Origin: a virus
Length of the DNA: 64,000 nt
Reading direction: 5' to 3' (one strand)
IMG/VR virus record: IMGVR_UViG_3300034152_000419
Location: 1 to 64,000 of that record
This document shows, in pieces, positions 9,225 through 19,161 of this stretch. The notes below the pieces were generated by a model. That model did not search any database, was not told the DNA's origin, and saw nothing but the letters and a program-made list of their open reading frames with translations. A program made the translations under genes and the position numbers. Every line of letters starts with the position of its first letter. Positions within the stretch are counted from its first letter, which is position 1.

Positions 9225-10223
9225 TCACTCGATTCCGAGCAGATCGTCGATGTCCTGCTCGTTGTCCGTGCCGCCGGAGGTCTCGCCGCCGGAGGACTCA
9301 TCGGGATCAAACTCCGGTCCGCCTGAGTCCTTGTCATCGTCGGGATCGAACTCCGGTTCGGTTTTCTTTTTTGAGGTCGTTTTCTTTTTTGAGGTCGTTT
9401 TCTTTGCATCCGACTTTTTCGCGGTCGTCTTTTTCTTTGAGTCGGATTTTTTCGCCGTCGATTTTTTGGGTTTTTCCTCGGTCTTTTTCTCAGTTTTCGG
9501 TTTTGCTTTCGCCGCCGCCTTTTGGCCACCCTCGACCGAGATTTTGACCCCATAAGTTTTCTCGATATAGCTGATCTCGTCCTCGATTGTCCGTGCTTTC
9601 GGAGTTGCACCGAGATCCTCAAGCCACGACTGAACGATGTGAACCAGTGCCGTGACATTATTGTCGGACTCGATCAGTGCTTTCGCCTGTTCGAGACCAT
9701 CGGTGAGGATCGAGGATTCGTCGGACTGCATCTTGAACGTCATCGTCGTCAGAGTCGGGAGAGACCGATTTTTCGTGTCTTTGCGAGTGTACTTTTTGAA
9801 TATCTCCTCTTTCAGTTGACGATGAGAGAGTTTCGCCGCCAGTGCGAGGATCTCTTTTGCGTTCTCGACGTCGATGACCCCCTTGAGTTCCCGCATTTTC
9901 GTCCATCCGATTTTCTGGACTTTTGCTTTCGGGAGTCGATAGTCCTTGACCATCTGCCACACGTCGGTGAGGTAATATGCTTTTCGTTTTTGGATTCCGA
10001 GTTCAACGTCGGAATATTCCTCGAACGTGTTGAATCCCCACGTCGCATATAACTCCCCGTTTCGGACCGTGTGCATCATTTCCGCGATGACGAGATAATT
10101 TTTCTCGACCTCGGAGTTCAGATCACGGAGTTGTTTGCGGATGTCCGCATGTTTGTTCGTGACCTGTCCCTTTGACTCGGTTTTTTTCGTGCTTTTCGCC
10201 TTTGTCTTTGATTTCGTTGTCAT
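9225..10223 (-). CDS. putative DNA-binding protein (DUF3102/pGP6-D-like N-terminus, Lys-rich and acidic tail)
   Basis: LY..WGFNTFEEY...LGI..RKAYYL pattern; KKTT repeats; acidic C-terminus. Confidence 0.55.
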   Translation of the reverse strand: MTTKSKTKAKSTKKTESKGQVTNKHADIRKQLRDLNSEVEKNYLVIAEMMHTVRNGELYATWGFNTFEEYSDVELGIQKRKAYYLTDVWQMVKDYRLPKAKVQKIGWTKMRELKGVIDVENAKEILALAAKLSHRQLKEEIFKKYTRKDTKNRSLPTLTTMTFKMQSDESSILTDGLEQAKALIESDNNVTALVHIVQSWLEDLGATPKARTIEDEISYIEKTYGVKISVEGGQKAAAKAKPKTEKKTEEKPKKSTAKKSDSKKKTTAKKSDAKKTTSKKKTTSKKKTEPEFDPDDDKDSGGPEFDPDESSGGETSGGTDNEQDIDDLLGIE

Positions 10224-10240
10224 TTTTGAAACCTCCTCAA

Positions 10241-11833
10241 TTAATCAGATTGACGTTTCGGTTTTAAATGCCGGACCTTTGCCGCCGCCTTTGTCTTTGG
10301 GGGATCACCCTTTGAGACGGATCTCGCACGAGTTTTGCACCATTCACGAATAGATGTCAACTCCTCTTTGTCGCGAGTCGCCTGAGCAACCGTCTCCCGG
10401 ATAGAATCGAGGATGTGCTTTGTGTCGAGTTCGTCGTCCTGATCGAACGCCGCGAACATGGCATCCTCGATCACTCCCTCGATCTCTGCGCCTGTATAAT
10501 CAGGAGTTGCCTCCGCCAGTGCATCGAGATTGAAATCCTCCGGGTCCCTTTTGCGTTTTCGGATATGGATCTCAAAAATCTCTCGCCGCTCATTGTGCGT
10601 CGGGAGATCCGTGCACCATACCTCATCGAGACGTCCTTTGCGATAGACCATCGAGGGGACCGATGAGACATCATTTGCCGTGCAACACAGGACGACCGGA
10701 TATGTCGTCTCCTGCCGCCACGTGAGCAGTGTCGAGACCACCCGTGCCGTGACGCCGGAGTCCAGTTGTCCGCTTGCCTGTGCTCCCGCGAGACCCTTTT
10801 CGATCTCATCAACCCACAGCACGACCGGGGAGACAGCCTCCGCGACCTTGAGAGCCATTCGGACCGCAGACTCCGACTCACCGACCAGAGACCGAAATAT
10901 TTTCCCCATGTCCAGACGGAGCAGAGGGAGTCCGAGATATCGTGCCGTCGCCTTTGCCGTCAGGGATTTCCCAGTTCCCGCCGGACCGACGATCAGGACC
11001 CCTTTCGGATAGGGGAGACCGAACTCTCGCGCCTCATGAGTGAACGCCTTTTGACGCCGCGAGAGCCATTGTTTGTAATAATGGAAACCTCCGACATTTT
11101 CGAGTGTCTCCCGATGAGGCCAAAATTCAAGGACGTCGGACTTTTTGACCTCCTGCTCTTTTTGAGCATGGATGACATCAACATCGAGAGAAAATGCCGT
11201 CGCAATCGACAGAGCAATCGCGTTCTCCGCCCCTATCATGTCCAGTCCGACAGCCGCTCTCGCCGCATCGACGAGCAAATGATCGAGATCGTCTTTTTCC
11301 TCCGGGAGATCAATGTCGTCCTCGTAAGCACGAACGATCTTTCGGAATCCCTCGACGAGTTCGTCCTGTGTCGGGAGTGCGATGTCATAGACCGTGACCA
11401 GTGTTCGCAGTTCCGGGGGGAGTTCAAGGTGAGGACCGATGATAAAAACATGAGATCCCCGCAGACGGACCGTCATGATCGTGTCGATCAGGGATTGAAC
11501 GACCTGATAGTTATCGACCATTTTCCGCAGATTGTGAAACATCGCCACAACCGGACGGTCGTCCTTATTCTGAACATACTTGAGAGCATCGATGAGATCT
11601 CCCGCCGCTTGTGTCCTGTGCTCCTCCTCTGCCGACGGAGGACCGACCATCAACCCCGTCGTCGCTTTCCAGACGCCGAGTTCGACGTTGCTCATATTGA
11701 GTTCGTCGAGAGCGTCTTGAACCTTTTTCTCCGCGACCTGAGGTTCGGAGGTCCGCAGATACAAACAAGGATATCCCGCTTGAATGTAATCCGCGACCGT
11801 CGGGGGAGTGCGTTCGATTTTACCGTTTGACAT
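10241..11833 (-). CDS. AAA+ ATPase, Ycf46-like
   Basis: PKGVLIVGPAGTGKS, LLRLDMG, VGESE, WVDEIEK, RKGRLDE. Confidence 0.9.
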   Translation of the reverse strand: MSNGKIERTPPTVADYIQAGYPCLYLRTSEPQVAEKKVQDALDELNMSNVELGVWKATTGLMVGPPSAEEEHRTQAAGDLIDALKYVQNKDDRPVVAMFHNLRKMVDNYQVVQSLIDTIMTVRLRGSHVFIIGPHLELPPELRTLVTVYDIALPTQDELVEGFRKIVRAYEDDIDLPEEKDDLDHLLVDAARAAVGLDMIGAENAIALSIATAFSLDVDVIHAQKEQEVKKSDVLEFWPHRETLENVGGFHYYKQWLSRRQKAFTHEAREFGLPYPKGVLIVGPAGTGKSLTAKATARYLGLPLLRLDMGKIFRSLVGESESAVRMALKVAEAVSPVVLWVDEIEKGLAGAQASGQLDSGVTARVVSTLLTWRQETTYPVVLCCTANDVSSVPSMVYRKGRLDEVWCTDLPTHNERREIFEIHIRKRKRDPEDFNLDALAEATPDYTGAEIEGVIEDAMFAAFDQDDELDTKHILDSIRETVAQATRDKEELTSIREWCKTRARSVSKGDPPKTKAAAKVRHLKPKRQSD

Positions 11834-11888
11834 AAAAAATCCTCCCTGTCCTCTTGTTTTAGATTCTGTCCTTTGCCGATGATTAAGA

Positions 11889-11917
11889 ATCGTATATCAG
11901 ATAAAAATCTTTGTCAA
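11889..11917 (-). promoter_or_regulatory. sigma70-type promoter for the AAA operon
   Basis: TTGACA-17 bp-TACGAT. Confidence 0.75.
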
Positions 11918-11925
11918 TCATTTTT

Positions 11926-11941
11926 GTGCACACGTGTGCAC
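11926..11941. repeat. palindrome copy 2, 8 bp upstream of a -35 box
   Basis: Read directly. Confidence 0.95.
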
Positions 11942-11955
11942 TTTTATCGAAAAAA

Positions 11956-12327
11956 TTAACGATCCCGCTCGACCTCCCAGTGCAACCGATCCGCCTCGTC
12001 CATATATTTATTGTATTCATAAGAATAATTTGTGAACTCGGAGTCCGGGATCAGATCACACTCCTCGACCTCGCGATAAAATTTCCAATATTTCGAGTTG
12101 ATGACTTTCGCCTTGCCGACCTTGTTGATCATCTCGACCAGACCCGCCGGAGCAGTGAAACCCCCACCGACCGGAGTCCATTTGTGCGTGTGAATCAACC
12201 AGTATTTTTCAGCATGAACATTCTGAAACAAAACGAGCAGACGATAAAACCCATCGAGCATGATCGCCGTCGCGTCATTGATCAAGAGTTTCTGATTTCC
12301 CCCCGTGACGAATCCCATGTTCAACAT
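11956..12327 (-). CDS. hypothetical protein
   Basis: 123 aa; GGGAGG RBS. Confidence 0.7.
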   Translation of the reverse strand: MLNMGFVTGGNQKLLINDATAIMLDGFYRLLVLFQNVHAEKYWLIHTHKWTPVGGGFTAPAGLVEMINKVGKAKVINSKYWKFYREVEECDLIPDSEFTNYSYEYNKYMDEADRLHWEVERDR

Positions 12328-12383
12328 TTCCCTGTCCTCCCTCTTTTATGTGAGGGGGACCCTGAGGTCCCCCCTCTTTGATC

Positions 12384-12944
12384 TTACAGTTTGATTTTCT
12401 TTCCGGTGAGCACATTGACAACCGTCGCTCCGGGACCGAACGCCGCTCTCATCTCGAACAACTCCTCCTCGGAATATTCCTTGTTCATCATGGACTCGCG
12501 GAGTTCGTCAATCTCACGATCTCTCTCCGCCTCGTTCGCCTCGATGATCGCATCGGACACACCCGCCGCCTCAAGGATGTCAGTCGGGACCGCTTGATTG
12601 TTCGAGAACCACTTGACCGAACCAGTGTCCAGATCGCGATAGGTGTCATTTGCGACGTTTTTGTGATATCGAGCAACCTCATCCTCGCGATGACAGTCGA
12701 AAAAATACCGATTCCGGTCTTTCCAGTCCCGACGAACAATTTTCAGACTGATCGCATGATCAACGATCTCACGAGCGTCAGAATACTCGACCGAATATGT
12801 CTCCTCGATGTGCTCGATCATACTTTCGACACTATACAGGACGTCGCTCAGGAGTTTCCGGGTCGGTTCCTTGAAAAACAGAGTTTTCAGCATTGTGTTG
12901 ACTTTGATCGTCAGTGTCTCTTTTTTGGTATCAAACAGATTCAT
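12384..12944 (-). CDS. hypothetical protein, first gene behind sigma54 promoter 1
   Basis: Start re-set to MNLFDT; GGGAGG RBS. Confidence 0.75.
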   Translation of the reverse strand: MNLFDTKKETLTIKVNTMLKTLFFKEPTRKLLSDVLYSVESMIEHIEETYSVEYSDAREIVDHAISLKIVRRDWKDRNRYFFDCHREDEVARYHKNVANDTYRDLDTGSVKWFSNNQAVPTDILEAAGVSDAIIEANEAERDREIDELRESMMNKEYSEEELFEMRAAFGPGATVVNVLTGKKIKL

Positions 12945-12986
12945 TTTTTTCCTCCCTCGTTTGTGTTGACGTTTGACATTATATAA

Positions 12987-13130
12987 AGCAATTCCCATGC
13001 CACACGTCACGACTTTTTTCAATTTTTTATTTCGAGGGATTTCAATCGTTTATGAGGTTTCGACTTTTTTCAAGTTGACTCGCCGCCGGGGGATTGACGA
13101 CATTTGTCGTCAAAGTGACAATTTGCGTCA
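12987..13130 (-). promoter_or_regulatory. sigma54 promoter 1 with IHF-like and UAS-like sites
   Basis: TGGCATGGGAATTGCT (GG-N10-GC) at 12987-13002; TGAC..GTCA dyads at 13094-13130. Confidence 0.75.
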
Positions 13131-13343
13131 AGGGATTCGTCCCTCCTCGTCAAGATACTCGACGGATTCATCATAAGCCTCCTCGAATCCGTGCATGATC
13201 TGACGATAGAGATCGCGTTGCAAGTTCGCCGGGAGTGTCATATAACATCGATAGCAAAACGCGAATCCCCGCTTTTTAGATCTGCCGCAGACACACTCCT
13301 CGGATTTCAGTGCGTTGAGATAAAATTCCAGATCACCCGACAT
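13128..13343 (-). CDS. small Cys-rich hypothetical protein
   Basis: CVC...CYRC. Confidence 0.7.
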   Translation of the reverse strand: MSGDLEFYLNALKSEECVCGRSKKRGFAFCYRCYMTLPANLQRDLYRQIMHGFEEAYDESVEYLDEEGRIP

Positions 13344-13920
13344 TGAGTTCCATCCTTATGAGTTCGATCTGATCAGTATGCGTGACTTTTTTTAGGACAT
13401 CATGTTCATATTTTACGAGATCCCGCCAGTGCTCCCGTCCCGTGCACACGTGTGCACCGAGATCGCAGATCGCGACCGCGACGGAGGCATCGTTCGAGTC
13501 GGTCTCAATGTCGAATTTACGAAACACCTTGAGTTTGAATGAATCCTTTTTGAGGTTCCCCATGCCACAGAGAAACTTTTTCCACTGACCCGGAGTGACT
13601 TTGATGATCTCCCGCCCAGTGTATCGAGAGACAAACAGGTTGAGGATTCCGCAGAGTTCTCCCAGTTGAGCGAGCGACTGTCCTGAGAATCTGCCTTTTC
13701 CCGCAGAGTAAGCATAATCCTCCATGAACACGACGTCGTCATTGTGGATGATCCCCTGACATTTTTTCCAAAGAGCGAGACAGCGATTGAGACGGGACCC
13801 GTCTTTGACCGATGACGTGAATGTCCTCCACATAAAACATTGATCATCGAGAGAAAATTTCTGTCGAGCAATTCCGAGCGACGTGAACGATGGATCGATT
13901 CCGACGATTCCTGAGATCAT
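13333..13920 (-). CDS. RuvC-like Holliday junction resolvase
   Basis: VGIDPS, FMEDY, LGEL.G, WKKF..G.GN..K. Confidence 0.85.
   Translation of the reverse strand: MISGIVGIDPSFTSLGIARQKFSLDDQCFMWRTFTSSVKDGSRLNRCLALWKKCQGIIHNDDVVFMEDYAYSAGKGRFSGQSLAQLGELCGILNLFVSRYTGREIIKVTPGQWKKFLCGMGNLKKDSFKLKVFRKFDIETDSNDASVAVAICDLGAHVCTGREHWRDLVKYEHDVLKKVTHTDQIELIRMELNVG
13442..13457. repeat. palindrome copy 3 (intragenic)
   Basis: Read directly. Confidence 0.95.
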
Positions 13921-14444
13921 TTTTTCTCCCCCCTATTGACCCGGATGACCCGGATGTTCTGACGTTTTTTGAATCGACGGTCCTCCTCGACCCATCTTTT
14001 GAGAGCCTCATGTCCCTTGAAAACCTCTGCTCTCGGTTCCGCAGAGATGTCAAGTCGGTCAGTGAAAACACAAGACATATTCCATCGATGCTCGATGACC
14101 TCGTCTGTCTCCTGATCACGGACAATCTCCTGAATGATTGTCGTTTTGACCCCCTCAAACTTATAACACGACGCCTCCTCGTCATAAGTCGGTTGACAGA
14201 AAATCATGAGATCTGAATCTTTTTCGAGTCCCGTGTGACGCTCGATTTTAATCCTTTTTTCTTTCACCGCTTTCTCCTCTGCCGTGATCGCCTCCATGAG
14301 TCCCCGGACTGCTCGATCCCACTGTTCGGACTGCTCCGGTTTCCCATAGATCAGCCGCTCAAATGCACGATCCACAACCCCGAAAATTTTTCCGATCAAC
14401 GACCCGCCTCCGCTTGTTTGAGACACTCCTCCCGACATGCACAA
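13917..14444 (-). CDS. hypothetical protein
   Basis: 175 aa; start uncertain. Confidence 0.7.
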   Translation of the reverse strand: MCMSGGVSQTSGGGSLIGKIFGVVDRAFERLIYGKPEQSEQWDRAVRGLMEAITAEEKAVKEKRIKIERHTGLEKDSDLMIFCQPTYDEEASCYKFEGVKTTIIQEIVRDQETDEVIEHRWNMSCVFTDRLDISAEPRAEVFKGHEALKRWVEEDRRFKKRQNIRVIRVNRGEKK

Positions 14445-15307
14445 CTTTTCGCTCGGTAGTTTCTGAAATCTCCCCGATCACATTCATGGAATACAGGAGG
14501 GAGATGTTCAGGATATTTGAGGACCGCTCGTTTATACTGTCCCGCCCGATCCTTGATCATCTCAATGATCTTAGGATTTCGCCGCACGTGAAACATTTTG
14601 AACGGGAGTTTTTTCATCATGTGCACCTTTGAGATATAAAGCACATATCCGATCTCAGGATCGATCTCGAACGGGATCGTCTTGTCCTGAGGTAATCCCC
14701 ACATATAACATTGACACTGCTCCTCATGATCCGCGAGAGGGACCTCAAGTTTCTCGAACTCGTCCAGTTTGATCGTTTTTATCTCAACGACCCGGATCAG
14801 ACCTCCCCGAACGAGGATCAACATATCAGGATGTCCAGAGACCGGATATTTCCCACGGAGGATCATGTGATGTTCTCTGTAAACGTAAGCCTCCGGGAGA
14901 GCGTTGCATTTCGGACAGTTGTCAACCGGGGGACCCCCGACGTGTGTGACCTCGCCACATCCCCGACATTTCCAGAATCCGACCCGCCGCTTTCCGAAAA
15001 CGTCATCTGTATTTTGTACCCAAAAATGATAAGCGTTGCCATATCCCCACAACAACCGTGATCTCGGTCCGATATATTCTTTTTTATTGAGACGGAATTT
15101 TGTCCCGATGACGTGATATCGGAGACAGGATTTCATGATCGAGGATGCACGAGGAAAGAGGATTTTCTGATCCTCCACGATCTCGGTCCTCATCCGAACG
15201 TGAGTCGCCGCAATCGCGACCGGATCATCGAGGTTGTCCTCGATGTCTCGGATTGCCTTGAGGGATGATCGATCTTTCCCACGGATCAACTTTCGGTGAA
15301 ATTTCAT
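14396..15307 (-). CDS. Cas4-like PD-(D/E)xK exonuclease
   Basis: GHPDML...VVEIKT, Q..Y, split Cys cluster, internal Zn ribbon; start re-set to MKFHRK. Confidence 0.75.
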   Translation of the reverse strand: MKFHRKLIRGKDRSSLKAIRDIEDNLDDPVAIAATHVRMRTEIVEDQKILFPRASSIMKSCLRYHVIGTKFRLNKKEYIGPRSRLLWGYGNAYHFWVQNTDDVFGKRRVGFWKCRGCGEVTHVGGPPVDNCPKCNALPEAYVYREHHMILRGKYPVSGHPDMLILVRGGLIRVVEIKTIKLDEFEKLEVPLADHEEQCQCYMWGLPQDKTIPFEIDPEIGYVLYISKVHMMKKLPFKMFHVRRNPKIIEMIKDRAGQYKRAVLKYPEHLPPVFHECDRGDFRNYRAKSCACREECLKQAEAGR

Positions 15308-15852
15308 TTGACACACCCGCCGAAATAGCATGACTCTCTCAGACTCGCAGTCCTCTCCCTCGCCTCTCGTGCAAAAACCCACGGGAGGACAAGCATCGAG
15401 ATCTCAGGAAAAGCCTCCCGGAAACTTGAATATTTTGATCGAGTCGAACAGTGCCACAGTCCTTTGATTTCAATGAATGATTTATAAAATGGGAAATAAA
15501 AATCGGGACAGTATAATTTTGTCCCCCACTTGAAACCGATCTTTTCATATTGCAGATCAAGTCCCTCGCAGAAAAAGAACTCCGCACAGTTTCTCTCGAA
15601 CTCAGATCTGAACGACATATTGAGCAGTTGAGAATAGACACCCCCGTCATCGGGAGGTCCGAGATCCACAGGACCGATCCACCGATCATCGGAGTTCAGT
15701 GTCATCGGATCAGGACGAGTGTGAAAACCGTTGATGATCCAGTTCTTGACACAAGGGAGAGAGCAAACGAACGGTCCCCCATAATCGAGGCATTTTTGTT
15801 CACCCCTCGGAATATAAACTATTTGACGACAAGAATCACACGTCTTGTTCAC
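15304..15852 (-). CDS. PD-(D/E)xK endonuclease (T7 endonuclease I-like C-terminal domain)
   Basis: FRSEFE...YE...YCPDF...FIEIKG. Confidence 0.7.
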   Translation of the reverse strand: MNKTCDSCRQIVYIPRGEQKCLDYGGPFVCSLPCVKNWIINGFHTRPDPMTLNSDDRWIGPVDLGPPDDGGVYSQLLNMSFRSEFERNCAEFFFCEGLDLQYEKIGFKWGTKLYCPDFYFPFYKSFIEIKGLWHCSTRSKYSSFREAFPEISMLVLPWVFAREARERTASLRESCYFGGCVK

Positions 15853-16990
15853 CGCTTTCCTCCCGGAGTCTATTTTTCGCCGCTCGAATTATGTCCATTT
15901 GTGCCTTATAATAATATTCAGGCTTTTTGACCCACAACTCGACGATCTGATCAAGAGTGCGAGCATTGAGTTTGCCATATTTCCACGGTTTCGCACCGGA
16001 AACTTTTTCAATGACGCCGAACTCTTTTGCATAATTCAAAACAGTTCTATGATCACCGATCATCCCCGGTTTCAGACCGAGATCCGGCATCTCCTCCCTG
16101 ATTCTGACGAACTCACCGGACCCCGCGAGCGTGAGGACTTTTTCTTTTTTAATGGAGAACGCATGTCGGACCGCTTTGTCCCGATCCGTGCTTTTGTCCC
16201 CCTTATATTTCCGATCCGCAGAGGCATCGAGGACCTTTTTCACGCATCTCAGGAGCAGAGAGTTCTCGTGCCGCAGTCCCCACCCTCCGGGCATCGTCTC
16301 CGGGGACCCGAACGTGACCCCGATCTTTGTCCTCATCTGATTGATAAAAATCACGATGCACGGATGTTCTCGTTTGCGTTCCCTCATGAGTTGTTGTTTG
16401 AATTTTCGGATCATTTTTCCGATGAGCCGCGCCTGTAAAGCATAAAAGTCCTGTTCTGCCGGAGCGTCATATTCGCTCTCCGGGACCAGTGCCGCGAGCG
16501 AGTCCACGACGAGGATTCCGCAGTCGTCCGCCTTGAGGACATTTTTCCCGATGTTCACATACTGTTCACCGTAGTCCGCAATCACACAGACATATCGCTC
16601 AGGATCAGCACCGATGTTCGTGACCCACGTCCGATCAAGCGTTCCCTCGATATCAAGCCACACCCCATCGAGTTTCAGTGGACTCCGGGAGCATTTGCAA
16701 AATGGGAGCAGACTAAAACATTTCCAACAAATACTCTGACCCATCGCGAGAATGTTTGCCGCCAGTGATGACTTTCCTCCCGCCTCCGGTCCCCACAAAC
16801 AACATGACGTGTAAACCGGGACACCCCCTCCCGTTGCGTAGTCAACCGCAAAAACTCCGAACGGGACACGATCCGGGTCCTTTTTAAGTCCGGTCCCATA
16901 AAACATCGTCCCCGCACCGAGATTCTCATTCTCTGCCGCGATGATTGCCGCGAGAGTCGTTGTCCCATCGTCAGACTTTTTCTTTGTCAT
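15836..16990 (-). CDS. recA: RecA/UvsX-like recombinase
   Basis: GPEAGGKS, VVDSLAALVP, QARL, IFINQMR, FGSPETMPGG. Confidence 0.9.
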   Translation of the reverse strand: MTKKKSDDGTTTLAAIIAAENENLGAGTMFYGTGLKKDPDRVPFGVFAVDYATGGGVPVYTSCCLWGPEAGGKSSLAANILAMGQSICWKCFSLLPFCKCSRSPLKLDGVWLDIEGTLDRTWVTNIGADPERYVCVIADYGEQYVNIGKNVLKADDCGILVVDSLAALVPESEYDAPAEQDFYALQARLIGKMIRKFKQQLMRERKREHPCIVIFINQMRTKIGVTFGSPETMPGGWGLRHENSLLLRCVKKVLDASADRKYKGDKSTDRDKAVRHAFSIKKEKVLTLAGSGEFVRIREEMPDLGLKPGMIGDHRTVLNYAKEFGVIEKVSGAKPWKYGKLNARTLDQIVELWVKKPEYYYKAQMDIIRAAKNRLREESGEQDV

Positions 16991-17325
16991 CCCTTTTTCT
17001 CCCTGTCGATATCGGATTGAATTTCATCGATTTCGGTCTCAATCAGATCCTCGACCATTTTTCGAGTCTGCTTGTAAACCGAGACGATCTCCTCGACATA
17101 ACAGGGGACCGTCAACATGATATCCAGACGGACTCCGGCATAATCAGCCGTCGGAATCGTTGCTCCCATCTTGACGGAAACATGAGCCGGATTCGTGACG
17201 AACGGTCTGACTTTTATCCGTTCATTTTTTCGCTTTGACTTGAGGTTTGTGTCTCCGAGAACAGTCCGGGACACTGAGAGAGACGCCTCGTCACTGGAAA
17301 TCCGGTCGATCTGTTTTTTCGGCAT
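16987..17325 (-). CDS. hypothetical protein
   Basis: Start re-set to MPKKQ; GGAGG RBS. Confidence 0.7.
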   Translation of the reverse strand: MPKKQIDRISSDEASLSVSRTVLGDTNLKSKRKNERIKVRPFVTNPAHVSVKMGATIPTADYAGVRLDIMLTVPCYVEEIVSVYKQTRKMVEDLIETEIDEIQSDIDREKKG

Positions 17326-17326
17326 A

Positions 17327-17767
17327 TCAACCCCTCCATCCGGCATGAATCCTCGACCGGAGTTCATCCGTTGTGATCTCTTTTGCATCATACAAAGAGA
17401 ACAAGTCTTTCAACATGATTGCCTGATCGACGGAATAAAGTCTCCACCCCCGCTTGTCATGATAGAGGGGAGAGGGAAACAATCCGGTCCGATGATACCA
17501 CCGAATCGTTTGAATTTCACGATTGATCGCCTGACCGAGTTTGCCGATGGAGATGAACTTTTTTCCATTCCGCCCGGAGAACACGTGACGGTCTGACGGT
17601 TTGTCAGGTTTCGATTCGTCATAGATCTCCCGTGCACGTTGTCTGATCCGCTCGCGATATTCTTTGTCATCTTGATATCGCTTTCGCCTCCGTTCGAGGA
17701 TTTTGTCTCTGTTTCTCCGATAATATTCTGTTTGAGAGAACGGTCTCTCTCCTCTCCTGCGTCCCAC
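17327..17767 (-). CDS. MerR-like HTH DNA-binding protein
   Basis: SIGKL...QTIRWYHRTGLFP...GWRLYS. Confidence 0.75.
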   Translation of the reverse strand: MGRRRGERPFSQTEYYRRNRDKILERRRKRYQDDKEYRERIRQRAREIYDESKPDKPSDRHVFSGRNGKKFISIGKLGQAINREIQTIRWYHRTGLFPSPLYHDKRGWRLYSVDQAIMLKDLFSLYDAKEITTDELRSRIHAGWRG

Positions 17768-17779
17768 GTGATCACCTCC

Positions 17780-19159
17780 TCATTTTTCCGTGATCTGTTT
17801 CATCTTGAGAGTTTTTCCTTGATAGTACCTGAGACGGGACCTCGACCATCCGACAGCGTCATCATAATATGAATCGACGATGTCCACGACCACAGGTTGA
17901 GACTTTCCCTCAAGCAACCGCTCGATCCGTCCCTGAGTCTGACGGACGTCGCTCTGAGGTGTCGCATATACCAGACCCGCGAGATCCGCGATGTCTGTCC
18001 CGATCCCCGCTTTTCCGTAAGTTGCGAGAACAACTTTGCACACGTGTGCACTGTGCCGCAGTTCCGACGGTCTGACTTTTCGTTTCGTCTTTCCCTCCGG
18101 GACCGTGTCACAATAAAAACCGACTGTGTCGAGATCATATCCGAAATCAAGAATCAGCATCCGCCGCAGATCGACCAGTTGTTGAGTCCGGTCCGAGAGA
18201 ACAAGGACCCGCCGATCCGATTCTGAAATTAAATGAATATACTTGCACAAGATCCGGTTTCTGTCCTGATTCGTTGACAGCCGGGAGAGCAACATTCCAC
18301 GTCGGTTGATTTTCGTCGATCCCGGATGGACATATCCCGATGACTCAGGATAATCGATCACAAGGACTTTCGGATTCATCCGACCGTGATCGCCTCCCCG
18401 GATCAATGTCTGTCCGATATGATATTCATTGATTAAATGGAGACCGTCTTTGCGCGTGACCGTCGCCGATGCACCGATCCGATATCTCGCCGGAAACATG
18501 CACAGCACCGGGGAGAACGTCGCCGGGGGGACAGACCTGTCCACCTCATCGAAAACCGCAATCCCGAAATTTTCACGAAACCGACGATTGTCGTTGAGAC
18601 GTGCCGCCAGTGAGTGAACCAGTCCGACGACGATTCTCTTTTTCTCCCAGTTGACCTCTTTCCCGTTAACGATCCCGATCTCCGATCTTTTCAGGGATGT
18701 GTGTTGAGCAATCCGGGAGACCCACTGCTCGACCAGATTCGACCGGGGGACGACGACAATCGCCGATCTGCCGATCATCTGAATCATCTTGATCATCACG
18801 ACGGTTTTCCCGAATCCCGGAGGAGCATCAACCACGAATCCTGTGACCCCGGAGTCGAGTTGCTTTTTGAACATTTTGAGAACCGGGATCTGACCGGGAC
18901 GCATCTCTGACAAAAAATCATATTTGATCTTTGACCCGTCGAGACGGGTATCAGAGATCTCACGAGCGAGATCCGTCCATCGTGTCGTGTAATATAATGG
19001 AATCCCGAACATCGTCGGAGTCTCAAGAAATGTCGGAAATTCCGACCTGTCATATCGACTGACGACCGTCAGTTTTTCCCTGAGACGACCGATTCGATCC
19101 GGTCCGAGTTCATCCACCGGGACGAACACGTGAGTGTGAATAATTGCTTTTGAAAACAT
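17780..19159 (-). CDS. superfamily 2 helicase
   Basis: APPGFGKT, FDEVD, GASAT, QTQGRIER. Confidence 0.9.
   Translation of the reverse strand: MFSKAIIHTHVFVPVDELGPDRIGRLREKLTVVSRYDRSEFPTFLETPTMFGIPLYYTTRWTDLAREISDTRLDGSKIKYDFLSEMRPGQIPVLKMFKKQLDSGVTGFVVDAPPGFGKTVVMIKMIQMIGRSAIVVVPRSNLVEQWVSRIAQHTSLKRSEIGIVNGKEVNWEKKRIVVGLVHSLAARLNDNRRFRENFGIAVFDEVDRSVPPATFSPVLCMFPARYRIGASATVTRKDGLHLINEYHIGQTLIRGGDHGRMNPKVLVIDYPESSGYVHPGSTKINRRGMLLSRLSTNQDRNRILCKYIHLISESDRRVLVLSDRTQQLVDLRRMLILDFGYDLDTVGFYCDTVPEGKTKRKVRPSELRHSAHVCKVVLATYGKAGIGTDIADLAGLVYATPQSDVRQTQGRIERLLEGKSQPVVVDIVDSYYDDAVGWSRSRLRYYQGKTLKMKQITEK
18037..18050. repeat. palindrome copy 4 (14-bp core, intragenic)
   Basis: Read directly. Confidence 0.95.
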
Positions 19160-19161
19160 GA

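Noticed and set aside
10766-11830. Long plus-strand ORFs (354 aa here; also 33152-34075, 8253-8900, 12378-12986)
   Set aside because: Antisense shadows of well-supported minus-strand genes; no motifs
10241-11833. AAA ATPase as a sigma54 activator
   Set aside because: No GAFTGA motif or HTH; classical AAA clade motifs
12352-12375. GC-rich hairpin as a terminator
   Set aside because: No U-tract in the transcribed (minus) direction; role unclear
12945-13022. Shared MKKVVTCGM N-terminus (also 28547-28747)
   Set aside because: Translation artefact of the duplicated sigma54 promoter
14396-15307. Cas4-like gene as evidence of CRISPR-Cas
   Set aside because: No other cas genes or array; common phage recombination exonuclease
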